Positions 48,353 to 57,321 of a stretch of 64,000 bases of DNA are shown here, one piece after another. Source of the stretch: Alphaproteobacteria bacterium (GTDB lineage: Bacteria > Pseudomonadota > Alphaproteobacteria > GCA-2731375); the NCBI GenBank assembly GCA_965225945.1, contig CBDDBZ010000029.1, positions 64,001-128,000 of the forward strand. Direction: 5' to 3'. The translations under genes and the position numbers were made by a program. The stretch's first letter is position 1, and every line of letters begins with the position of its first letter. A model generated the notes under the pieces. That model had not been told where the DNA came from. It saw only the letters and a program-made list of their open reading frames with translations, and ran no database searches.

Positions 48353-49420
48353 TCAAGCCGTCGCCGAGAGCGGTAAATGAACGGACTCGCCGCTCTGGAG
48401 CGAGTGCGCGACCGCGTCGGTGAATTCCATATAGGCGACCCCGGTGGCGAAATCGGTGTGGCTCACCGCTTCCAGGCCTCGCACGGCGTTGACGAATTCC
48501 TCCTCGACCCGCCAGGCGCCGCGATTCTCCTCGGCGACCCTGACCGGGCGGAGGCCCTCCTCGCCCCGCTCGCCGGCGGCAAGCACCATCGCCTCGCCCT
48601 TGGCCTGCGACAGCAGGAGCGTGCCCATGGACCCGAAGATCCAGACCTCGGCGGCGGCGGGCGCGTGGCCGAGCACGGTGGAGACGTTGAAGCGCATCTG
48701 CCCGCCCGCCGCCAACCGGCCGATGACGTCGACATGGTCGGGAATGGTCATCGCCACCCGCCGGCCGGTCGCGTCCCGGCGGTGCGCCACCACGGCGCGG
48801 CCCACGGCATGGACGCTGGCTGCCGGGCCGACCCAGCGCATCATCGCCTCGTACCAGATTCCCATGCTCATGGTGTTGTTGCCGGAGAGCTCGCGGTCGT
48901 GGCGCCAGTGAAGGGTTGAATCGGGGTCGGGAAAGCCGCCGCCGGCGGTGATCCGGGCATCCAGCGCGATCAGCTCGCCGATCTCGCCGGCGCCGATCAT
49001 CTGGGCGATGGTGGCATCGAAGGCCAGCGTGTGCGGCGCCGGCACGAGCTGCGCCACCAGCCTCGGGTGGCGGCGCGAGGCCGCCAGCATCGCCCGCGCC
49101 TCCACCGAATCGCGCGCCATTCGCGCCTCGCACAGGACATGCTTGCCGTGCTCCAGCGCGGCGATCGTCATGGCCGCGTGCATGTAGGGCCAGGTGCCGA
49201 TACAGACGGCGTCGACCGACGCGTCCTCCAGCACCGCCATCCAATCCTCGGCGACGTTCGCGATGTCGAACTCCGCCGCCACGCGGGACGCCGAGCCGGT
49301 CGTGCGGTTGGAGACGGTGACGAGCTCGACCCCCGCTTGCTCCCGAAAGCCTGGAATATGCCGGGATCTGGTGTTGCCGCCGGCCCCGATCAGGCCGACG
49401 CGGATGACCTCCGCGCTCAT
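48353..49420 (-). CDS. Gfo/Idh/MocA-family oxidoreductase
   Basis: VGLIGAGG, VDAVCIGTWPYMH, GKHVLCEARMA; GGAGG RBS before 49420. Confidence 0.9.
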   Translation of the reverse strand: MSAEVIRVGLIGAGGNTRSRHIPGFREQAGVELVTVSNRTTGSASRVAAEFDIANVAEDWMAVLEDASVDAVCIGTWPYMHAAMTIAALEHGKHVLCEARMARDSVEARAMLAASRRHPRLVAQLVPAPHTLAFDATIAQMIGAGEIGELIALDARITAGGGFPDPDSTLHWRHDRELSGNNTMSMGIWYEAMMRWVGPAASVHAVGRAVVAHRRDATGRRVAMTIPDHVDVIGRLAAGGQMRFNVSTVLGHAPAAAEVWIFGSMGTLLLSQAKGEAMVLAAGERGEEGLRPVRVAEENRGAWRVEEEFVNAVRGLEAVSHTDFATGVAYMEFTDAVAHSLQSGESVHLPLSATA

Positions 49421-49517
49421 GGTGCGTTCCTCCCACCCTGATGTGTCTCTCGGGCCATGCTTGGCATGACGGGCCGGCCCGGGCAACAGGTAGGACAATC
49501 GCATGAAGTGACGGCCA

Positions 49518-49661
49518 CGGCCTTGATACCGCGTCAACCGCCGCCAATGGGCCATTGAGGCCCCGCGAGCTGATGGGAGCGAAGCCAAGCGCCCGAATGG
49601 GTGCGCCCGGCGTCTGAGGGAACGACAAGAACCCAGGGCAATCGCGTTTACTCGATTGCCC
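49518..49661 (+). ncRNA. Candidate alphaproteobacterial sRNA (recalled resemblance to the CC2171 family, unverified)
   Basis: GGCCTTGATACC...CCGCCG...GAGGCCC..AGCTG...GCGAAG, internal hairpins, terminal GGGCAATCG/CGATTGCCC stem in a 330-bp intergenic gap. Confidence 0.4.
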
Positions 49662-49750
49662 TCGGGCAACACGGCCGGCCGCGCTTTTCAGTTTTTTCGA
49701 ACCCGTGTTAGAATTGTCGCGTTATCCAGGGATCGAAGCGGGGAAGCGGA

Positions 49751-50602
49751 ATGCAATACCGGAGCATCGAGGTCGAGCCACTGGCCGGCGCGCTGGGCGC
49801 GGAGATCGCGGGTGTCGATATCTCGAGGCCGTTGGCGAACCGCGCGGCCGCCGAGATCCACCGGGCCTTCCTCGACCATCACGTCATCGTCTTCCGCGAC
49901 CAGCGACTGACCCCGCCTCAGCAGCTCGCCTTCGGCCGGCATTTCGGAACGCCGAACGAGTACCCCTTTGTCGAGGGGCTGGCCGAAGCCCCCGAGGTGA
50001 TCGAGATCCTCAAGGTGGAGACGGACGCCAAGAATTTCGGCGGCCTCTGGCATTCCGACACCAGCTACCTGGAGCGCCCGCCGCTCGCCACCCTGCTCTA
50101 TGCCCGCGAGGTACCGCCGGCCGGTGGTGATACCCTCTTCGCCAACACCCGGCTCGCCTACGGGCGGCTGTCGGAGGGCATGAAGGCGATGCTCGCCGGC
50201 CTCCAGGGCGTCAACAGCGCGGCCTTGCGCCATGCCGGCGGGCGGCAAGATACGGCCAAGGGCAATACCCGCATGAAGGCCAAGAACGTCGAGCGGGCCG
50301 ACGATCTGGAAGCGGTGCATCCGATCGTGCGCACCCATCCAGAGACCGGCGACAAGTCGCTCTATCTCAACACCGCGCACACGGTCCGATTCGCGGACAT
50401 GACGGAGGCCGAGAGCACGCCGCTGATCGATTATCTGACCGACCACATCCGACGCCCGGAGTTCACCTGCCGGGTTCGCTGGGAGGTCGACACCCTCGTC
50501 GTCTGGGACAACCGCTCGACCCACCACTACGCCGTGAACGACTACCAGGGCCATCGCCGCCGCATGCACCGCGTGACGATCGAAGGCGACGTCCCGCACT
50601 GA
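49751..50602 (+). CDS. TauD/TfdA-family Fe(II)/2-oxoglutarate dioxygenase
   Basis: WHSDTSY, GGDTLFAN, HPIVRTHPETG, WDNRSTHH, RRMHR. Confidence 0.94.
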   Translation: MQYRSIEVEPLAGALGAEIAGVDISRPLANRAAAEIHRAFLDHHVIVFRDQRLTPPQQLAFGRHFGTPNEYPFVEGLAEAPEVIEILKVETDAKNFGGLWHSDTSYLERPPLATLLYAREVPPAGGDTLFANTRLAYGRLSEGMKAMLAGLQGVNSAALRHAGGRQDTAKGNTRMKAKNVERADDLEAVHPIVRTHPETGDKSLYLNTAHTVRFADMTEAESTPLIDYLTDHIRRPEFTCRVRWEVDTLVVWDNRSTHHYAVNDYQGHRRRMHRVTIEGDVPH

Positions 50603-50645
50603 AGCTCGGTTCGGCCCTCGCAATTTCCGAAGGCTTCCGCGCCTC

Positions 50646-50703
50646 AGGATAAAGGGACACAATACATAACCTCATGAAGATAAGTATTGTGTCACTTTAT
50701 CCT
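50646..50703. repeat. AT-rich 23-bp inverted repeat (REP-like / possible bidirectional terminator)
   Basis: AGGATAAAGGGACACAATACATA vs reverse complement AGGATAAAGTGACACAATACTTA (21/23), between convergent genes. Confidence 0.75.
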
Positions 50704-50757
50704 CAATTATCCTCTCATCACCTGGACCGCGGCGCTGGCGACGAGGAAACGACCTAG

Positions 50758-51627
50758 CTAGCCCGGCGCCGTGCCCCGCAGGCAGGTGCGGTGCATGACC
50801 CGGGCGTGGCGCGCGGCGTCGAAATTTTGGTCGGCTCGGTGCAACAGGCAGCGATTGTCCCACATCACCACGTCGCCCGGCCGCCAGCGGTGGCGGAAGA
50901 CGAAGCGTTTTGCCGTCGCATGCGCCTCCAGCTCGGCGAGGCGGGCGCGGCCTTCGGCGATTCGCCGGCCCTCGAAATGGGAGGCGTGCTCGCCCATGAA
51001 AAGGCATTCGCGGTCCGTGTCCGGGTGGCGACGGACCAAGGGATGGACCCTCGCCGGGGCGTCGCGGATCTCCGCTTCGCTCGCCCGTTCGCCGAACTTG
51101 AGGCGCGATTGCTCCCAACTGTGCACGACGCGGAGCTTGCCGAGTTCCGCCCGTTCCGCCTCGCCCAGCTCCTCCCAGGCGAGATGCATGTTGGCGAAGA
51201 GGGTATCGCCGCCCGCCGGCGGCAGGCGGATCGCGTGCAGGATGGTGGCGAGCGAGGGCTGGGGCCGGAAGGACTTGTCGGTATGCCAGCGGGTCGAGGC
51301 GACCCGTCCGCTCGGCCGGCCCGCGCCGTCGAGGTTGGTGACGGTGTGGACCAGCGGATGGTCGGCGCCGCGATTGCGGATCGTGTGCCGCTCCAACGCG
51401 CCGAACTGTTCCGAAAAGGCGACCTGGCGGGTCTTGTCGAGCCGTTGATCGCGGAACGCGAGCACGTGGTGGCGGACGAAGGCGTCGTAGACCGCCGCGC
51501 GCGTGCCCACATCGAGGGGCAGCGCGAGATCGAGCCCGATCACCTCCGCGCCCGCGACCGCGGACAGGGGCCGAATCTCGAAGTTCGCCGCGCCGCGCGG
51601 GCTCGAGTCATCCATCGCCACGGTCAT
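50758..51627 (-). CDS. TauD/TfdA-family dioxygenase (second, divergent paralog)
   Basis: WHTDKSF, GGDTLFAN, HPLVRRHPDT, WDNRCLLHR, RVMHRT. Confidence 0.92.
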   Translation of the reverse strand: MTVAMDDSSPRGAANFEIRPLSAVAGAEVIGLDLALPLDVGTRAAVYDAFVRHHVLAFRDQRLDKTRQVAFSEQFGALERHTIRNRGADHPLVHTVTNLDGAGRPSGRVASTRWHTDKSFRPQPSLATILHAIRLPPAGGDTLFANMHLAWEELGEAERAELGKLRVVHSWEQSRLKFGERASEAEIRDAPARVHPLVRRHPDTDRECLFMGEHASHFEGRRIAEGRARLAELEAHATAKRFVFRHRWRPGDVVMWDNRCLLHRADQNFDAARHARVMHRTCLRGTAPG

Positions 51628-51744
51628 GATCCACATCCTCCCGAAGCCGGAATTTAATCCCTCGCCGGGGCCAGCGCAAAACGGCCGTTCACGCGACATT
51701 CCGAACGCCTCCCTTCGAGGTGCCCGTGGTATGATGCGGTTGCT

Positions 51745-53022
51745 ATGACGTTTCGCCCCTTCGCCCTCGCCCTCGCCCTTGCCCTCGCGGTGCTTCTGTC
51801 GATGCCTCTCGCCGCCAAGGCCGATTTCCAGGCTGGCGTCCGGGCTTATGACAAGGGCGACTATCGGGCGGCCTACGAGGCCTGGCTGCCGCTGGCGCGA
51901 AGCGGCGACCCGGCGGCTCAGCGCAACCTCGGCCACCTCTTCCGCTTCGGTCATGGCGTGGGGCAGGATTTCGCCCAGGCGGCCGACTGGTACGAGCGCG
52001 CGGCCACCACCGGCCTCGCCAGCGCACAGGTCAACCTGGCGATGATGCGGCTCAGAGGGCAGGGCGTGGCCCGCGCCGCCACCGAGGCCGCCTATTGGCT
52101 CGAGCTGGCGGCACGCCAGGGCCATATCCTGGCACAATACAATCTGGGGCTCCTCTATCTGCGCGGCAACGGCGTCGCCGCCGACGAAGGTCGCGCTCTC
52201 GGCTGGCTCAACTTGGCGGCCAAGGGGGGACATCGCGGCGCGCTCGAGCTGTTGAGCCACCTGGTCTGGCAATCGCCGCCGTCCGACCGGCCGAACGAGG
52301 CCACGCGCGGCGCCACCGGACACGCCGTACCCCGGGCCCGGGCCGCGAAGAGCGAGGTCGAAGCGGAACGGCCCCTGGTCTCGGCCCGCAGCCTCGCGGA
52401 GGAGGCCGATGTCCGCGACGGGGAGCCTACCCGGGCCGCGCCAGCGCCGGTCCGCACGAGGCCGGCGGCGGCGGCTGCCTCGAATGCACCGGCCAGGCCG
52501 GGTCCCTTGGCGCCCGATCCGGAGAACCCCGAGGGCGCGGTGATTGGTCTGTTGCAGGCGGCCATCCTCGGCGCGTCGGAGGAAGCGGGCACCCCTAACG
52601 CCGCGCCCGGCGCCACGGGCGAAGGGGCGGCGGAGACCGATCGCGTCCGCGCGGAGGTGGCGCGGCTGGAGGCGTCGGTACTCGAGGATCCGACGGAAAC
52701 CCGCCGGCGCGAAAAGCGGGAGAAGGTGGCCGAGGCGATGCTCGTCTTCAACGGCGGCGATCTCGAGGGCGCGCGGGCAATCCTGGAGCCACTGGCGCTT
52801 TCCGACGGGGCCGACGCGCAATATCGCCTCGGCGAGATGCATGCGAAGACCCCCGGGGCTGAGAATATGGGGGAGGCTTATGTCTGGTTGGCGCTGGCCG
52901 CGGAAAACGGCCACCCCAAGGCCCGACGCGCCCAGTGGGCCGTGTTGGACGCGATGGGCGAGGCCGAGCGGCGGTCGGCCCGGCGATTGTTGAGTGAGCG
53001 TCGCGGCCGGCTGACGCGCTGA
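51745..53022 (+). CDS. Secreted Sel1-like repeat protein with Pro/Ala-rich linker
   Basis: Signal peptide; AQRNLG..GHGVGQD, AQVNLA, AQYNLG..GNGV, AQYRLG repeats. Confidence 0.88.
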   Translation: MTFRPFALALALALAVLLSMPLAAKADFQAGVRAYDKGDYRAAYEAWLPLARSGDPAAQRNLGHLFRFGHGVGQDFAQAADWYERAATTGLASAQVNLAMMRLRGQGVARAATEAAYWLELAARQGHILAQYNLGLLYLRGNGVAADEGRALGWLNLAAKGGHRGALELLSHLVWQSPPSDRPNEATRGATGHAVPRARAAKSEVEAERPLVSARSLAEEADVRDGEPTRAAPAPVRTRPAAAAASNAPARPGPLAPDPENPEGAVIGLLQAAILGASEEAGTPNAAPGATGEGAAETDRVRAEVARLEASVLEDPTETRRREKREKVAEAMLVFNGGDLEGARAILEPLALSDGADAQYRLGEMHAKTPGAENMGEAYVWLALAAENGHPKARRAQWAVLDAMGEAERRSARRLLSERRGRLTR

Positions 53023-53236
53023 AGCATGATCCGCATCCGCCCAATCACCAGGCCACCCGCTCCCCCGCTCCCCCACCCTCGCGGCTACCATTGCCGCGTG
53101 GATTGGAGGCGGAGCGGGGCGCGACGTAAGTCGCCTGTTAAGGCGCTTGGCCTTACAATCTCGCCGGCACGATCCCACCTTTGGGGCGGGCCGGGCGTCT
53201 CGTCGCGGGGCCGGGGCGAGGAGGATTGTCGAGATC

Positions 53237-54142
53237 ATGCGTGATCCCTACGAGGTCCTGGGCGTCGCCACAGGCGCCGAGGAGGACGAGATCAAGCGCT
53301 CCTACCGACGACTCGCCAAGGAGCTGCATCCCGACGTCAACGACAACGATCCCAAGGTGGCGGAGCGCTTCAAGGAGGTTTCGGCCGCCTACGGGCTGCT
53401 GGGCGACGGCGCCCAACGGGGCCGCTTCGATCGCGGTGAAATCGACGCCGGCGGGCAGGAAAAGAGGCGCTTCCGCTACGCATATGCGGGCGGCCCCCGG
53501 CGCGGCGGCGGCGGGTTCCGCTTCGGTGGCGGCGGCGCCGACGATGTCTTTCGCGAGTTCGCCGACATCTTTTCGCGCCGCGGCGAGCGCGACGGCGGCC
53601 GGATCCGCCAGGGCGGCGATCGGACCTTCAAGATCACGGTCGATTTTCTTGACGCCGCTCTCGGCACCACGCGACGCGTCAGCTTGCCGACCGGCAAGAC
53701 CCTGGACGTCCGAATCCCAGCGGGAATCGAGGAGGGCAAGACCATTCGCCTCAAGGGCCAGGGCGATCCCGGTCCCCCCGGCGCGACCGCGGGCGATGCC
53801 CTGGTCGAGGTCCAGATCCGGCCGCACCCCCACTTCGAGCGCGAGGGCGGGGAGATCCGGCTGAAGCTGCCGGTCACCGTCTACGAGGCCATGCTCGGCG
53901 CCCGGATCGCCGTGCCGACGATCCACGGGCCGGTCACCGTGACGGTGCCCAAGGGCTCGAGCGCCGGGCGCAAGCTTCGCCTCAAGGGGCGCGGCATCCC
54001 CGGGGAGGACGGCATGGGCGATCAGATCGTCACGCTCGAGATCGTGCTTCCCGAGACGGCGGACGACGCATTGACGGATCTGGTCGAGCGTTGGCGGGCC
54101 GAGCACGCCTACGACGTTCGCCGCAAGGCCGGCCTCGAGTAG
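53237..54142 (+). CDS. DnaJ-class (CbpA-like, type II) chaperone
   Basis: RDPYEVLGV, HPD motif, G/F region, C-terminal domain, no zinc finger. Confidence 0.93.
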   Translation: MRDPYEVLGVATGAEEDEIKRSYRRLAKELHPDVNDNDPKVAERFKEVSAAYGLLGDGAQRGRFDRGEIDAGGQEKRRFRYAYAGGPRRGGGGFRFGGGGADDVFREFADIFSRRGERDGGRIRQGGDRTFKITVDFLDAALGTTRRVSLPTGKTLDVRIPAGIEEGKTIRLKGQGDPGPPGATAGDALVEVQIRPHPHFEREGGEIRLKLPVTVYEAMLGARIAVPTIHGPVTVTVPKGSSAGRKLRLKGRGIPGEDGMGDQIVTLEIVLPETADDALTDLVERWRAEHAYDVRRKAGLE

Positions 54143-54158
54143 CGCGCCCGTCGAGGTC

Positions 54159-55025
54159 ATGGACGAGGAGCCGGCGCCCAGGGAGTCGAGAGGTCTCGTC
54201 GCCGCCGTCGGCCACGGTCTGCTGGAGGCGCTGCAACGCTTTCTCGCCAACGATGGTCACGTGGTGGCCGGCCACCTGGCGTTTTTCGGCCTGCTGTCGC
54301 TGTTTCCGTTCCTGATCTTCCTGACGGCGCTCGCCGGCTTTTTCGGGCAGACCGAGCTCGGCATCGAGTTCGTGGTCTTTCTCCTCGACAGCATTCCCGA
54401 GGATGTCTCGGATGTGCTGAGCGTGCCGATCATCGAAGTGGTGCAAGACACTCGCGGAGAGCTGCTGACGATCGGCATCTTGCTCAGCCTGTGGACCGCC
54501 TCGACCGGCCTGGAGGCAATCCGGGGCGCCCTCGACCGCGCCTACGGCGTCACCCGTCGCCGGCCGCACTGGCGCAATCGACTGGAGAGCGTGCTGCTCG
54601 TCGTGGTCGCCGCCAGCTGTTTCATCGTCGCCATGCTGACCCTGATTGTGGGGCCGATCGTGTGGGCCGAAATGGAGGCGATGTTGCAGCTGCCGGAAGG
54701 GCTGCGCGCGGTCTGGACTCTGCTCCGCTACGCGGCCGGCGCGCTGTTGATCGTGCTTGCCGTCTCGGCGCTCTATTTTCTGCTGCCGGCGCGGCGGCTC
54801 AGAGGTCGCGGCGTGTTTCCGGGCGCCTTCGCCGTCCTGGTGCTCTGGCTCCTGGCGGCTACCGCCTTCTCCCTCTACCTCGAACAATTCGGCGACTACA
54901 CGGTGACCTACGGCAGCCTCGGCGGCGTTATCGTTACCCTGTTGTTCTTCTATATCCTGGCGGTGATCTTCGTCCTCGGCGCGGAAATCAACGCCATGGT
55001 CCTGCGTCGCTACGGCGCCGATTGA
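54159..55025 (+). CDS. YihY/BrkB-family membrane protein
   Basis: LLSLFPFLIFL, TYGSLGGVI, GAEINA. Confidence 0.92.
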   Translation: MDEEPAPRESRGLVAAVGHGLLEALQRFLANDGHVVAGHLAFFGLLSLFPFLIFLTALAGFFGQTELGIEFVVFLLDSIPEDVSDVLSVPIIEVVQDTRGELLTIGILLSLWTASTGLEAIRGALDRAYGVTRRRPHWRNRLESVLLVVVAASCFIVAMLTLIVGPIVWAEMEAMLQLPEGLRAVWTLLRYAAGALLIVLAVSALYFLLPARRLRGRGVFPGAFAVLVLWLLAATAFSLYLEQFGDYTVTYGSLGGVIVTLLFFYILAVIFVLGAEINAMVLRRYGAD

Positions 55026-55095
55026 CCTCATGCGCATTTCGTGTAGGATGGTGCCAAGTTATTGAACCTAAAGCGCTAATAGTGACGGCAAGCTG

Positions 55096-55920
55096 ATGGA
55101 GACGGCAATGGGCGAGCCTCGAGAGCTGCTCGCCGGCAAGCGCGGGCTGGTCATGGGCGTCGCCAACGATCGCTCGATCGCCTGGGGGATCGCCCGGCGC
55201 GCGGCCGAGGCGGGGGCGAGCCTCGCCTTCAGCTATCAGGGGGAAGCGCTGGCCAAGCGGGTCCGCCCGCTCGCGGCGTCCGTCGGCGGTAGTCTGATCA
55301 TGGACTGCGACGTCACCGATGACGCCAGCATGGACGCCGCGTTCGGCGCGATCGAGCGCGAATGGGGCGGGCTCGACTTCGTGGTTCACGCCATCGCCTT
55401 TTCCGACAAGGAACAGTTGAAGGGCCGCTATGTCGATTCGACCGCCGACAACTTCGCCATGTCGCTCGACATCTCGTGTTATTCCTTCACTGCCGTGGCG
55501 CGCCGCGCCGCGCCGTTGATGACGGCGGGCGGCAGCCTGTTGACGCTCACCTATTACGGCGCCGAGAAGGTGGTGCCACACTACAACGTCATGGGCATCG
55601 CCAAGGCGGCGCTGGAGGCGAGCGTCAGGTATCTGGCCGCCGATCTGGGGAACGACGGAATTCGCGTCAACGCCGTCTCGGCCGGGCCGATCCGCACGCT
55701 GGCGTCCTCGGGCATCGGGGATTTCCGCTATATCCTGAAGTGGAACGAGTACAACTCGCCGCTCCGGCGCAATACGACGACCGACGAGGTGGGCGGGGCC
55801 GCGCTCTATCTCTTGAGCGATCTCGCCACCGGCGTCACCGGCGAGGTGCATCACGTCGACAGCGGCTATCACGTGATCGGAATGAAGGCGGAGGACGCGC
55901 CGGACATCGCAACGGTCTAG
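55096..55920 (+). CDS. fabI: Enoyl-ACP reductase
   Basis: [38 protein letters not shown]. Confidence 0.96.
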   Translation: METAMGEPRELLAGKRGLVMGVANDRSIAWGIARRAAEAGASLAFSYQGEALAKRVRPLAASVGGSLIMDCDVTDDASMDAAFGAIEREWGGLDFVVHAIAFSDKEQLKGRYVDSTADNFAMSLDISCYSFTAVARRAAPLMTAGGSLLTLTYYGAEKVVPHYNVMGIAKAALEASVRYLAADLGNDGIRVNAVSAGPIRTLASSGIGDFRYILKWNEYNSPLRRNTTTDEVGGAALYLLSDLATGVTGEVHHVDSGYHVIGMKAEDAPDIATV

Positions 55921-55973
55921 AGAGGTTCGATGTCCGGCACATCGGGCGCCGGGCGAACCGGCGGCGGAGTGAC

Positions 55974-57089
55974 ATGTCGCACAATACCTACGGTCACCTG
56001 TTCCGGGTCACCACCTGGGGCGAAAGCCACGGGCCTGCGATCGGCTGCGTCGTCGACGGCACGCCGCCGCTGCTGCCGCTGGCCGAGGCGGACATCCAGA
56101 AATGGCTCGACCTGCGTCGGCCCGGCACCTCGCGTCACGTCACCCAACGGCGCGAGCCGGACAAGGTCGAGATCCTCTCCGGCATCTTCGAGGGGCTGAC
56201 GACGGGGACGCCGATCGCGCTCCAGATCGACAATGTCGACGCGCGATCCAAGGACTACGGACCGATTCGGGAGAGCTATCGGCCGGGTCATTCCGACTTC
56301 ACCTATGATCGCAAGTACGGCATCCGCGACTATCGCGGCGGCGGCCGCGCCTCGGCCAGGGAGACGGCGAACCGCGTCGCGGCGGGCGCCATCGCGCGCC
56401 TAGTGCTCGGGGCCGAGGTGCGGATCCGGGGCGCGCTGGTCCGGATCGGCGAGAAGGCGATCGATCGCGACAACTGGGACTGGGGCGAGGTCTCGCGCAA
56501 TGACTTCTGGTGCCCGGACAAGACGGCGGCGGGCGAGTGGGAGGACTATCTCGACGAGGCGCGCAAGGCCGGCTCCTCCCTCGGCGCGGTGATCGAGGTC
56601 CGCGCGAGCGGCGTTCCGGTCGGCCTCGGCGCGCCGATCTACGGTAAGCTCGATGCCGAATTGGCGGCGGCGCTGATGAGCATCAACGCGGTCAAAGGGG
56701 TCGAGATCGGCGCCGGCTTCGAGGCCGCCCGCCTGACCGGCGAGGCCAACACGGACGAGATGCGCATCGAGGAGGGCGCGCCGCGCTTCCTCACCAACAA
56801 CGCCGGCGGCATCCTGGCCGGCATCTCCACCGGTCAGGAGGTCGTCGCCCGCTTCGCGGTGAAACCCACCTCGTCGATCCCGACCCCGCGCCGCACCATC
56901 GACCGCGCCGGCAACGAGACCATGATCCGCACCACCGGGCGGCATGATCCCTGCGTCGGTATCCGCGCGGTGCCGGTCGGCGAGGCGATGATGGCTTGCG
57001 TGCTGGCCGACCACCTGTTGCGCCACCGGGCGCAAGTCGGCGTGGATGACTCCCAGAGCGTTTCCGTGGACACCGATGCCGGCTCTTGA
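55974..57089 (+). CDS. aroC: Chorismate synthase
   Basis: MSHNTYG...[33 protein letters not shown]. Confidence 0.97.
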   Translation: MSHNTYGHLFRVTTWGESHGPAIGCVVDGTPPLLPLAEADIQKWLDLRRPGTSRHVTQRREPDKVEILSGIFEGLTTGTPIALQIDNVDARSKDYGPIRESYRPGHSDFTYDRKYGIRDYRGGGRASARETANRVAAGAIARLVLGAEVRIRGALVRIGEKAIDRDNWDWGEVSRNDFWCPDKTAAGEWEDYLDEARKAGSSLGAVIEVRASGVPVGLGAPIYGKLDAELAAALMSINAVKGVEIGAGFEAARLTGEANTDEMRIEEGAPRFLTNNAGGILAGISTGQEVVARFAVKPTSSIPTPRRTIDRAGNETMIRTTGRHDPCVGIRAVPVGEAMMACVLADHLLRHRAQVGVDDSQSVSVDTDAGS

Positions 57090-57102
57090 TACAAGGCGCG
57101 CC

Positions 57103-57170
57103 ATGCGAGCGAACGGCAGACTCGGCGGCACCGCGCGAATTACCGGCCCGGCCCTCGGCTGAGGGTCGGG
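57103..57170 (+). promoter_or_regulatory. Candidate ileS leader (19-aa uORF plus hairpin)
   Basis: MRANGRLGGTARITGPALG* (57103-57162) with hairpin CCCGGCCCTC-GGCT-GAGGGTCGGG over the stop. Confidence 0.35.
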
Positions 57171-57321
57171 ATCGGGCGCCTCGCGTCTCACCCCTCGAAC
57201 GACGTGGCGCCACCCGCGACAACGAAGCAAAACCCACGATTACTCATACCTTTGGAGATGAGTCTCGACCGCCGGGGCGTTTGGTATGAGACCATCGAGA
57301 CGATCACAGTGAGCGCCGATC

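Noticed and set aside
51755-51790. CGCCCT hexamer repeats
   Set aside because: Encode the Ala-Leu hydrophobic core of a signal peptide; in frame and unremarkable.
50758-53238. Apparent 826-aa TauD fusion
   Set aside because: N-terminal part is the antisense of the Sel1 gene; TauD starts near 51627.
55362-57089. Apparent 575-aa extended AroC
   Set aside because: Upstream part is an off-frame overlap with fabI; AroC starts at 55974.
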